This document shows positions 12,712 to 23,646 of a DNA stretch of 42,668 nucleotides, piece by piece. Each line of letters begins with the position of its first letter. The first letter of the stretch is position 1. Origin of the DNA: Octopus bimaculoides (lineage: Eukaryota); NCBI RefSeq assembly GCF_001194135.2, contig NC_068983.1, forward strand, positions 55,433,867 through 55,476,534. Reading direction: 5' to 3'. A program made the translations under genes and the position numbers. The notes below the pieces were generated by a model that worked only from the letters and a program-made list of their open reading frames with translations, did not search any database and had not been told where the DNA came from.

Positions 12712-13102
12712 CAATAGAATCTCGTAGTACAAGCGCACCATTGTACAAGTAATTTGCTATACAAGCCGAGAATCGTGCGAATTTTTGGCTTGAAGTACGA
12801 GTGGAAATCCGCAGTACGAGCACACAAATTGTCCCATCTTTAAGGTAATTCAGTTAATAAAACCAGTTTACATATTTCTTTTGCATTCTCTTTTTTTATA
12901 ATTGTCATTTTACATTTTACTTGTAACTACATCTTTTCTATTTTAAAATCCATAAAAAATTATTTTTGAGTGGTTTTGGGTGCCTGGAACGGATTAATTA
13001 TATTTCAGTTAATTTGAATGGGAAAATGATATGTAAAACGAGTAAATCGTAAGACGAGCTCGGTCATAGAACGAATTATATTCGTATTGCGAGGTATCAC
13101 TG
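12712..13102. mobile_element. Tigger/pogo-like MITE
   Basis: TA|CAATAGAATCTCGTAGTAC ... CGTATTGCGAGGTATCACTG|TA. Imperfect CAGT..ACCTCG-type TIRs with TA on both sides. Confidence 0.55.
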
Positions 13103-13670
13103 TATTTTGATATATTTTACAGATCCATCGAAATTATGTCTAGTGGCCGCTTCTATCGACAATAAACTCTCCATATAAAAATATGCATTGAACTAAAAAT
13201 CAATATTCAACAGACACTGAGATAAAAGTCAGAATAAATTATAACTAAACAATGGTCTGTTATCTCCTCATTATCGTTTAACAGATTAGATTCTTTTGAT
13301 ACATATATCGATAAAATTTGAACATTCGTTATTGATAGATATAAGCGTATCTTCATTGACAATACAACTCTATTTATTCAGCAGAGATTTAAAATCGAGT
13401 CTGCTTTTACGCGTTACCAAGTTTTTAAGTGGCTAACATTTACATTCAAATATTTACTGTCTGCAAACAACGAGGAACAATATTCGTTGATTAGATTTAA
13501 TAAACTATCCACGATCTAATGCCGAAGGTTTCAATGAAGCACAACTTAACAAATATTTTTTTCCCTTAAATTTACCTTGTTAGGGGACACACGTTCCAGG
13601 CATATATCGTGTCACACACAAATACACGCACATATGTACAAGAATCACATGCGTAAACACATAGGGAACA

Positions 13671-13706
<36 letters not shown>

Positions 13707-13867
13707 TCCCACATACACACACATACACACACACATCTATATATATTCCGACGAGGCAGCCCATAGCGCAACTCAGTCTCTGATGTTAACTGTTTTTTGT
13801 TTTTTTTATTAAAGCTACAGCTTTGAATCTGCTCAGGATTATCTCTCTTTAGTATTTCTCATTGATG

Positions 13868-14193
13868 AAGGCGAAGTAGGGAATCCGGCGGAATTTGAAC
13901 TCAGAACATAACGGCAGACGAAATATCGCTAAGCATTTCGCCCGACGTGTTAACGTTTCTTATTTCTTTATTGCCCACGAGGGGCTAAACATAGAGGGGA
14001 CAAATAAGGACAGACAGACGAATTAAGTCGATTACATCGACCCTAGCGCGTAACTGGTAGTCATTCAATCGACCCCGAAAGAATGAAGGGCAAAGTCGAC
14101 CTCGGCGGAATTTGAACTCAGAACGTAGCGGCAGACGAAATATCGCTAAGCATTTCGCCCGGCGTGCTAACGTTTCTGCCAGCTCGCCGCCTT
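13868..14193 (-). mobile_element. Dimeric SINE B variant
   Basis: Two B heads joined by a linker (GTCCCCTCTATGTTTAGCCCCTCGTGGGCAATAAAGAAATAAGAAACG on the minus strand). Confidence 0.8.
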
Positions 14194-14317
14194 GAAGTTT
14201 AATGAAATATTAACGATTATTGGGTATATACAAATGAGAAGTTTCTTTGTGTTTAAATCTATTTTAAGATATCTTTTGCCAATTTTTATCTTTATCATTC
14301 TTTTATCTTTTCTTATA

Positions 14318-14683
14318 TTGTTCTCTCATTAGACTGCGGCCATGCTGGGGCACCGCCTTGAAGAAGTTTTATCTGAATGAATCGACCCTAGTACTTAATT
14401 TTTCAAAGCCTAGTACTTATTCTATCGTTTTTTCTTTTTTTTTTTTTCAGGCAGAACCGCTAACTTACAAGGGCGTAAACACACTAGCAACAGTTGTCAA
14501 GCGGAAGCTGGGACAAACACAGACACAAAGACACCTCACCATCTGCCAATTCTACTCACAAGGCGTTGGTTGGCTGAAGGCTAAGATAGAAGGCACACTT
14601 ACCCAGAGTGCCACACAGTGATAATGAACCCGGAACGATGCGGTTGGGAAGCAAGCTTCTTACCACACAGCCACCCTGCACCT
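14318..14683 (-). mobile_element. SINE A, diverged
   Basis: Reverse-complement tail and head (CTTCTTACCACACAGCCAC). Confidence 0.75.
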
Positions 14684-15299
14684 ATTCATTACGAGTTTGT
14701 ACAAATATCAAAAATTAGATTGACTAGTTGAAGTATAAATTTTGTATATATTTGTATTTCCCTTGGTAACAAAACTATACTTTCAAAACTACCTGTCAGA
14801 TGACAGTTTAGTTTAGTTCAAATATATATAAAGAAAATAATATTTATGAATATGAGAAAAGAGTTTGAAATCATCAGTTCAACTGAATAATCAATAAAGT
14901 GGTCCTGATAAAACCGGCCCAAACCGACCCATACTAGTCAAAACAAAGCCACGTTAACGGCACTTTGATATTTTACTGTTGACTCGAGTATATTACTGGT
15001 ATTTACACTGTTAATACTTGACTGATAAAACTCAGAATGGAAAATAAGGATGTAAAGTGACGCAATCCAATACTGCACGACATTCTATCCCCCGTTTTAC
15101 ATAATCCTGCTGACCCCTTGTTGTATATATATTTCTGGGACAATTTCTTTCATTGACACACGGTAACTAATATATAGAGGAGGGTCGGTGCCGATTCAAT
15201 CGATATTATATAGTATTGATTTTTTTTTACATAAGTACAATGTTTCAAATTTTTGAGATAGATCTAGTCAGTTGTAACGATTTTATTTTATCGATCCTG

Positions 15300-15620
15300 G
15301 CTGAGCATTCCGTCGGTTAACGACGATGAGTGTTCCAGTTGATCCGATCAATAGAACAACCTGCGAGTGAAATTAACGTGCGAGTGACTGAACACTCCAC
15401 AGGTACGCGTACCCTTAACATCGTTCTTAGGGTAATTCAGCGTGGCACACAGAATGTCACAAAGCTGGACCTTTTGAAATACAGGTACAACTCATTTTTG
15501 CCAGCTGAATGGACTGGAACAATGTAATAAAGTGTCTTACTCAAGGGCACAACGCGCCACCGGGAATGGAACTCACCATCTCACGATCGTGAGCCAAATG
15601 CACTAACCACTCAGCCCGCA
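15300..15620 (-). mobile_element. SINE C variant with an alternative middle segment
   Basis: Shares the tail GTTCCAGTTGATCCGATCAA; the middle is ACAACTCATTTTTGCCAGCTG. Confidence 0.8.
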
Positions 15621-16065
15621 CCTTCACTATCGACTCTAGAAGTAAGACTGAAAAAGTCAACTTCGGCTGCATTCGAAAACAAATCATAAAGGGAAATAAC
15701 CTAATATTAAACGACATTTTATTATCCACTTCACGTGTTTTTCTCCCAATCACCCCTTCCTTTATTGGAAATATTTGTGACAAATTTCTGTATAGACATA
15801 AGGAAACTAATTTAGGAAGGAGATGATCAATACAGTATATTGTCGATTTAATCGATACGATATTGCATTGATTTCCCTTATAGGTATAGTTTCAAATTTT
15901 TAAGATTGGTCTACTCAATTATTACCGACTTTATTTTATCGATCCCTTAATGAGTAAATCACAACTTTGAGGGTTATAGCTAAATACTGCAAACTACTTT
16001 TTCCGACCTTTATCGGTTTCCGACAGACTAGCGACTATATAATATTAATAAGTAATAATTTTTAA

Positions 16066-16290
16066 GGCGACGAGCTGGTAGAACCTTCAGCAGACTGCAC
16101 AAAATATTACGCGGTATTTCGTCCGTCCTTGTGCTCTGAGCCCAAATACCGCCCAGGTCGACTTTACTTTTCATCCGTTCGGGATCGATAAAATAATTAC
16201 CAATTAGCTGAGCATTGGAGTCGATGTAATCGACTGACTCCACTCCTCTGAAATTGCTGGCCTTGTGCCAAAATTTAAAACCGGTAATTA
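16066..16290 (+). mobile_element. SINE B
   Basis: AAGGCGACGAGCTGGTAGAA...GGCCTTGTGCCAAAATTTAAAACC. Confidence 0.75.
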
Positions 16291-16523
16291 ACAGTTGTTA
16301 TATGGAAGTCGTTAGAGCATTGGGGAAATGTTTTACGGTAATTGTATCAGCTTTACGTTCCGATGTCTAATCCCACTGATGGCAATTTTGCTCTGTATTC
16401 TTCCGGGGTCGATAGAATAAGTAGCGTCAGTGAAGAACTAAGTTCTAAATAAGCAACTGCTTCCCCCGCTACCTCCATTTCTGCCTTGTCTCGTGTAAGA
16501 AATTATTTGATAAACGTTGGGGG

Positions 16524-16775
16524 TGAGCGAAAGCGCGTGATCTAGTGGTTTGTGTGTTGCACTCACGATCGTAAGATTGTGGTTTCGATTCCATGACCTT
16601 GCAGTAGGTTGTGTTCTTGAGCAGAACATTTCCTTTCACGTTGCTCTAGCTGCAGAGGAATAATTCTCCGACGAACTGGCGTCCTCTTCAGGGGGAATGT
16701 AGTGATCTTGGGCATTTATACGCCGTGGAAACAGGGTAACCGGCCTTATGTACCCCAAGGCTTGAGACACCAACA
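16524..16775 (+). mobile_element. Diverged tRNA-headed SINE (C-like head)
   Basis: GATCTAGTGGTT...GTGGTTTCGATTCC...GTTCTTGAGCA; the tail does not match C. Confidence 0.5.
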
Positions 16776-17059
16776 TCCAGATGCTGAAGATGATAACTGA
16801 AGGTAAATAAGCAACACTTACGCAGGCGATATAGCAATAAAAATAACAATAACTACAGCAGTCGTTTGGTAGAATTGATAGAGCGACGGACCAAGTACTA
16901 AGTGGCAGAGCTTAGTTATATGTCTTTCCATTCAGAGTTCAAATCTCGACGAGGTCGGTAAAATAAGAGTACCGTTTAGTTACTACAGTGGATCTTATGG
17001 CCTTCTATTCTGTCGTAGAATTCATATCTTCTTATTTAAGTGAGACATCGAGAGTAATT

Positions 17060-17262
17060 CTTTTTCTAGTATAGGAACACAGCTTGAAATTTTGGGGCAA
17101 GGGGATAATCGATTACTTCAACCCCAGGGCTTAGTTGGTAGTTATTTTATTAAGGACGAAAGGCAAAGTCGACGTTGGGGGAATTTGAACTCGGAAAGTA
17201 AAAACAGACGAAATGCGGTTAAGCATTTTTCCCTGTATTTTAATGATTCTGCCAACTCGCCA
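17060..17262 (-). mobile_element. SINE B
   Basis: Reverse-complement B consensus. Confidence 0.75.
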
Positions 17263-17299
17263 CATGAGACATAAATAAAAAAAAAATAACAACACACTC

Positions 17300-17330
17300 A
17301 GAGGAAAGGTTTTTTAAAATCGTTTTTATT
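17300..17330 (-). terminator. Probable polyadenylation signal of the Argos-like gene
   Basis: AATAAA on the minus strand at 17330-17325 is followed about 25 nt downstream by the GU/U-rich tract GTGTGTTGTTATTTTT. This implies a 3' UTR of about 1.65 kb. Confidence 0.5.
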
Positions 17331-18964
17331 AACAGTTTATCTTTATCGCAAGACATTACAGCAAAAAACCAACTTCTAAACTAACAAACAAACAATTGAG
17401 AAAAAACAATAACAAAAAAACTGTTGAACAAAATTTAGAAATGCTACAAATGGACGTAGCTTTTCATTACAAACGTTCTATTAAGCTTACATTCATTCAT
17501 GCACACATACGTGCATCACACACACCACGTTCAGACACGCGCCACTCGCACGCGTATCTTTATACACACATACATACATATATACATACATACATACATA
17601 TATATATACATACATACATATATATATACATACATACATATATATATACATACATACATATATATATACATATATATATATATATAGATAGATATAGATA
17701 TATATGTACATGCATATATACACACATATACACATTGGGTCTAATAGTCAAGGCGCTTGGCGAGGAGTTGCAATATAGACTCCGCCAGCACCCGAGTTAA
17801 CAATTTTGCTTGGGAAGAACGGAAGTTGTTTCTTTTTAGAGCGAATGTTGTTGTAAATACCACTGAATCTAAATATTCTGATTGCTATTGTTGCTGTTGT
17901 TTGGTATCTAGATTCTAAAGTAGAATCAATATAAAAACGGAAACGAATAGATATATAGATATATATTATGTGCATAGGAAATAGCATACTAGCAGATTTA
18001 CCACCTATTAAAATATCTTACATACCTTGTATACTCGTATACAAACACATCCACTCTCATATATATATATATATATATATTCGCAATCATGCACGCATAT
18101 ATACTTTAATAATAGATTATTGGTTGTTATTTTAATTTTTTTGTAGATATTTTTAAAAATATATCTCTGGTTACATTCACACGTATTATTGGATTAGTAT
18201 ACTAACTACTAACAGTTATAGACAATGGTAAAACTAAATTTTACTTATCATCTTTAGTTGATATCACCACGATCTATTATGCGCTATAGTTGTACACAGG
18301 TATAAACACACACACGATTATATTGATATGAAGAGAGAAAGAAGGAGAAAAATAATAGAATTGAATACTGAATGAACGAGGAAGATTGAACCGCTAAACA
18401 GGATTAAGAATTCTTCAAACACTACTACAATTGCATCGTATCAAAAACAGACGATAGATGTATGAAGAGGTTTTGTATGCATACGCACGCACACACGCAC
18501 GCACGCATATGTGCACATACACATATATTATAACAGTTAAAAAAAAAAAGCATCCAGTATTGTTATGAAGTTAAGCAAAATTATTTGATATATTTTTTAG
18601 GAGAAAAATAAACAAACATTGTGTTAAAGAATATATATTGAAAGTAAACTATGCAGTGATAGATATTTATAGACTAAATATTAAATGTTATATAGAGTGC
18701 ATTAAGAAACATTAACTAAAACGATAGAAAAATGTGAGAAAGTTCGTTTGAAATTTAGATATGTTGTTGTAATTGGATCAAGCACTACAGAAACCAGGTC
18801 GTTTTTCAGACTGAATATTTCTGTATCAGAATAATTAAGCGTGCGTTTTCACATCGTTGAGGACTAACATATAAAGTATGTGTGGCAGGAAAAGAAAAGA
18901 TGAAGGAGAGGAAAAAAAATGAAAAAAGAAGCCAAATCATTGTTGTTATGATCAGTGTCGGAAA

Positions 18965-19177
18965 CTACCGACCTTTTCCAATGATTTGGTCGCACATCCG
19001 AGGGACGTATTCGCCATGTTCGTCATCATCAGTATACATGTTTGGGACGATATCAACTTCAGTTACACATTGTCGACTATTTTGACATAGACAAGTGAAC
19101 TGGTATTTCAAGGCTTCACCAAGTGCTCTATTCACGTAGACTTTAGCACATACAGCTCCATCGGTTGCACATACCAC
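18965..19177 (-). CDS. aos: Argos/Giant-lens-like protein, last coding exon (module 3)
   Basis: Acceptor ttttttcctag|GTG (phase 0). Encodes VVCATDGAVC...FTCLCQNSRQC...PRMCDQIIGKGR* with 6 Cys. The stop TAG is at 18967-18965. Confidence 0.88.
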   Translation of the reverse strand: MVCATDGAVCAKVYVNRALGEALKYQFTCLCQNSRQCVTEVDIVPNMYTDDDEHGEYVPRMCDQIIGKGR

Positions 19178-19244
19178 CTAGGAAAAAATGAATAAATAAA
19201 GAACATTACTGATATTAAGGTACAAACAATTTTACATTTAATAT

Positions 19245-19661
19245 GGTTTCAAAATTTGGCACAAGATCAGCAGTTTTGAGGTTGTGGGTGTTCAAATGGT
19301 ACTTATTTTATCGACCCCGAAAGACGAAAGGCCATGTCAACCTTGACAGAATTTGAACCCAGAACTTAAAGAACCAGAATAAATGCTACTAAGCATTTTG
19401 TTCGACTCGCTTAACAATTTTACCAGCACGCCGATATAACATTGCCATTAATATACATAATGGATGAAACCAGTGTTACCCGGTCCATTAATCGCTTCAC
19501 CACGATAACGGTTTCAAATTTTGGCACAAGGCCAGCAATTTCTGGGCTGGGAGTAACTCGAATACATCCTCGGCGACATTTGAACCAGGAACGTAAAGAC
19601 GGTCGAAATGCAGCTGAGCATTTTGCCCGGCGTCCTACCAATTCTGCCAGCTCGCCGCCTT
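19245..19661 (-). mobile_element. Two SINE B copies in the last intron
   Basis: About 19245-19420 and 19510-19661, both matching the B consensus. Confidence 0.75.
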
Positions 19662-19873
19662 ACTCCATAACAATATTAAACTTCAAAGGACACACGTTCT
19701 CCTTGTTTGTCTGTATTACGACCATTTCCAGAGGAAAGAGACAAACAATAAAAGACAAAAGAGAGCAAAAGACCTGAAAATGTGAACAACTCAGAGTGCC
19801 ATATTGTGATAAGTTACCACTTATTCTCTATATTGTTGTTATTGTTTTGATTACTCAAGCTCAAGTTTTCTTT

Positions 19874-20077
19874 CAGTTCTATATTTAAGAGATGAGGAAT
19901 TATGTACATTATTTACATTTGACGGATATTTGTCCTCATCTTGTTTGTTGTTAACACGTTTCAGCTGATATACCCTCCAGCCTTCATCAGGCGTCTTGGA
20001 GAAATTTCGAACCTGGGTTCTCATTCCTAAGGTATTTTTCGATATCATCATCATTATTATTATTATTATTATTATTA

Positions 20078-20125
<48 letters not shown>

Positions 20126-20197
20126 TCACTGCCTGGAATCTAACTCGGAATCTTGGAGGTTAGTAGCCCGCGCTCTTAACCACTACACCATATGCCC
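19874..20197 (-). mobile_element. SINE family D: tRNA-like head, (AAT)n, hammerhead-bearing tail (copy 1)
   Basis: Head GGGCATATGGTGTAGTGGTTAAGAGCGCGGGCTACTAAC with a B-box-like GAGTTAGATTCC. The tail has GACGC-CTGATGA-AGGCTGG..TCAGCT-GAAAC-GTGTT and lacks 3 nt at the cleavage site. Confidence 0.8.
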
Positions 20198-20199
20198 AT

Positions 20200-20296
20200 G
20201 GGCATATGACGTAGGGTGGAGGGTATATCAGCCGAAACGTTGTGTTAACAACAAACAAGATGAGGACAAATATCCGTCAAATGTAAATAATGTACA
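20200..20296 (+). mobile_element. SINE family D: inverted, internally deleted partial copy
   Basis: The first 15 nt of the head are fused to the tail GGAGGGTATATCAGCCGAAACGTTGTGTTAACAAC...AATAATGTACA, head-to-head with copy 1. Confidence 0.75.
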
Positions 20297-20855
20297 AGTT
20301 TGCTTTGATCAAACAGGCCTACGATGAATAGCATTTCAGCAGCGACTATACTGTTTCTTAGGAATAGCCACAATTACATTATTTTATGTGTCTTTCCCGA
20401 ATTTAAGTCGGTAGTGCATGATTTTTAAGGGGTTTTGAATACTATTTTTTGCTAGTTAAGTCATCACAAAGATGGCTTGACTATTATCCTTCAGAAATGT
20501 GGATTCTTCATTCGACTAAGCAGAATGACAGAATACTGCAAGTACTTGAATGATAGAACTCAGCTAGATGCTCGTTTATACTTGAAGCCAGACAATAACA
20601 ACAATATTCCTTTGAATATTGTTGTGTCGACGCTCCCAAGCGAAGAAGTAGGATCGCCCGAGACATATAAATAAAGGTAGTCTAGCCGTGGTAGGTGAGT
20701 TTGAGTAGCTGTTGAGTAGCAGTCGGTCAGTGGTTGAGTAGAGATCATCCGAAGGTGCTAGATAGCAGTAGCTTGAGACATAACAAATATATTTCTATAC
20801 ATTTCGCCTGTTCAAACATAAAGAATAAAATGTAAGCTACAGTCGTTGTACGTAC

Positions 20856-21067
20856 CTTTTTACAGCGATATTCATAGATCCAGAGGTTATTTCGTTTCTC
20901 CCAACCTCTGAGGTAGAAAATGTTGTTCTTGCATCTGCATCTCTCCTCTCTCATATGGATATGCCAGCCATTAACCTCAGTCTCCATCAAAGCAGCAACT
21001 TCGTCGTCATTGCAAATCCTTTCAGGCATTATAGGACCACACAATTTGTACTGAACTATCATGTCCA
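20856..21067 (-). CDS. aos: Argos/Giant-lens-like protein, middle exon (end of module 1 plus module 2)
   Basis: Acceptor tttgtgtag|TG (phase 1; T+TG=Leu) and donor AAG|GTACGT (phase 0). Encodes DMIVQYKLCGPIMPERICNDD...REERCRCKNNIFYL...IYEYRCKK, which parallels Drosophila Argos HYKMCQPVHKLPVC...HCRCPRNSVTYL...YLFAC (recalled from memory). Confidence 0.88.
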
Positions 21068-21341
21068 CTACACAAATAAGAGAAATCAAGAAAAGAAATG
21101 CATAAATATTGGCTGAAAACGAATGAACAGTGCAATGCGTGTAATATAAGCGTATGATGGTTTGTGATAGAGTCACAAGGTCGGCAATCCTCGTAGGAGA
21201 TGTCTAATCGACTAAATCGATATTTAGTTGTACTTGAATTGTATTCAATGTATCGACCCCGGAGAGATTAAAATCGGAGTTGATCTCGCCGTGAATTTTG
21301 TTTATCATATTCTTTACTCTTTTACACTTTTACTTGTTTCA

Positions 21342-22626
21342 AAACATTAATGAGATGAAATGGATGATAAATATGATGGTATAATGAGAGAAGGCAAAAG
21401 CCGCCCGCCGAACTTTGCTTCTCTATAACACTGTTCTTTATAAAATTAAATTTTCACATTGAGGCTATGAACCTCGTACATAAAAAGTCATAAATTAAGG
21501 TATTTGCCTCTTACGATTTTTCATTACACAATATGAGGCTCTCGTCCTCTTAGGTTTTTTCGCCCGATATAGCCTTCGCTTCTCTCAAGCAAAACGATGG
21601 GTCTGGGTCGGGCCACTTTTCAATACTGAATTCGCCGAGGGGGAAGGAATTCACCNNNNNNNNNNNNNNNNNNNNNNNNNNNNNNNNNNNNNNNNNNNNN
21701 NNNNNNNNNNNNNNNNNNNNNNNNNNNNNNNNNNNNNNNNNNNNNNNNNNNNNNNNNNNNNNNNNNNNNNNNNNNNNNNNNNNNNNNNNNNNNNNNNNNN
21801 NNNNNNNNNNNNNNNNNNNNNNNNNNNNNNNNNNNNNNNNNNNNNNNNNNNNNNNNNNNNNNNNNNNNNNNNNNNNNNNNNNNNNNNNNNNNNNNNNNNN
21901 NNNNNNNNNNNNNNNNNNNNNNNNNNNNNNNNNNNNNNNNNNNNNNNNNNNNNNNNNNNNNNNNNNNNNNNNNNNNNNNNNNNNTCCTCCTCCCCTACGA
22001 TTTTCGGTGGCCAACCATTGTTGCCCACCTTCTTCCTTTTTTTTCCTTTTTTCGAGGAGGTTTCCACCTCCTCGACTTCCTCCGTCTCTCCCTCCACTGG
22101 GGGAGCGGGGGTAACAACATTTGTTAACTGTTCCAGGACCTTACTCTGGTCCTGGGGACAGTCTTTCTTGATATGACCGGGCTTCAGACACCGGTGGCAC
22201 TTGGGTTTACGTCCCTCAAGAATTACCGGATATTTCTGGCCGGCCATCCTCAAAAAATCCGGAAATACCAGATCCCTGGCTGATTGGGTCCACAGGGTCA
22301 AAACCGCTTTTGCCCCAACCCAATCAACTGTAGGTAACAGTTTCATATTTAAGAGCTTGGCTCCACTGCCCCCCAGCCCCAGTCGGATAGTATCCTCTAT
22401 CCAATCAGGTTCTATACCGGGTGGCAGCCCACAGATCCAAGTCCTAGTTAATTTCTTCCCACAGTATGTGGGAAGAAACAGAATTTTTTCCCCTTCTAAG
22501 GGCTGGCTCGCAAACCTGCGAGCCACCTCAGGGGTGTCAAATAGCAACCAAACCGTCGCGTATTTTACACCCCTTGCCATAAACTTAATAGTTGGCAGAT
22601 ATTCTGCTAACTCTTTTTCAATTTCG
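21342..22626 (-). mobile_element. L1/Tx1-type ORF1 cassette (RRM-like region plus CCHC zinc knuckle); no ORF2 visible
   Basis: The ORF from 22580 is open up to the gap at 21984. It contains WICGLPPGI, VILEGRKPK and CHRCLKPGHIKKDC (C-X2-C-X4-H-X4-C, 22199-22158), then an acidic/basic tail. Only a 329-N gap and about 310 bp remain before the element ends. Confidence 0.75.
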
Positions 22627-23080
22627 ACTTACCACACAGCCACTTCTACGCCTTAACTTCTCATGTCTTTTACTCGTGTCTTTTACTTATGTCAGATGGA
22701 GCGATCTCTTTGTCGAAGTATACCACGAACCAGTACATAATACACCTCACAAAGTCGGATTTATTCTACAAATTCATAACTATCATATGATTGGAATGAA
22801 TGCTTTGACAAGCTGAGTGGCTCTAAAGATTCAACTAAACTACGTAATACCATGGATTTATAACAAATCCATATAACAAAGAGTGGTCTGCGCCTGAAGA
22901 ACGTGTTTGGATTTTTAGACACGTGCAACTATTAGTAGCTCCTGGTTTGAGTTTCGTTGTCCTTGCACGAACCGTCTACGAGGAGTTAACGAACTTAAAA
23001 AGACGTAACGGACAGAGAAACATCACTCTCACTCAAATTTACAATGGGATAAAACCAAATGAGATTACGGTAATACTTAC

Positions 23081-23267
23081 ATCGTTTGAAATGCTGCCAG
23101 GTAAATGAATACCTGTCGTGTTCCGACCATGTTGCCGAGCAGTTGTCACAATCACAATTTTTGCCTTCATCGACAATGAAATTATCTTCTTCGCCGTCTT
23201 TGTATTGCATCAGGGTCCTGCACACATGCGCATTTGACTTACACGGGGGATCTGTGTCACGTTTGTG
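23081..23267 (-). CDS. aos: Argos/Giant-lens-like secreted Cys-rich protein, first visible coding exon (module 1)
   Basis: Acceptor ttttgtttccag|CAC (phase 0) and donor CGA T|GTAAGT (phase 1). The 187 nt encode HKRDTDPPCKSNAHVCRTLMQYKDGEEDNFIVDEGKNCDCDNCSATWSEHDRYSFTWQHFKR. The upstream signal-peptide exon was not identified. Confidence 0.85.
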
Positions 23268-23352
23268 CTGGAAACAAAATATCGGAGATATAAAAAAAAA
23301 CAACACAATTTAAGAACCTCTGAATATATGAAACATTCGAAGATATAATTAT

Positions 23353-23589
23353 AACATATATTGTTGTATTTTGGGACGGTCATTTTTTTTTTCAAATAAA
23401 CACACGCACTATATATTTGTTCTTCACTCGTTTATTACTGTTCTTATATTTTAAAATTTTAACTCATGCCTATGTCTAATGTGAAAAAAATAAGAACAGT
23501 AATAAACGAGTGAAGAGCAAATATATAGTGAGTGTGTTTATTTGGCAAAAAAAAAAAAATGACCGTCCCAAAATACAACAATATATGTT
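23353..23589. repeat. Intronic inverted repeat (hairpin)
   Basis: Arms 23353-23447 and 23490-23589, with a spacer of about 42 nt. Confidence 0.9.
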
Positions 23590-23646
23590 TCAACACACGA
23601 TTTCACATCAAGAATCTTGCAACACAAATTGATAAACATGATTATA

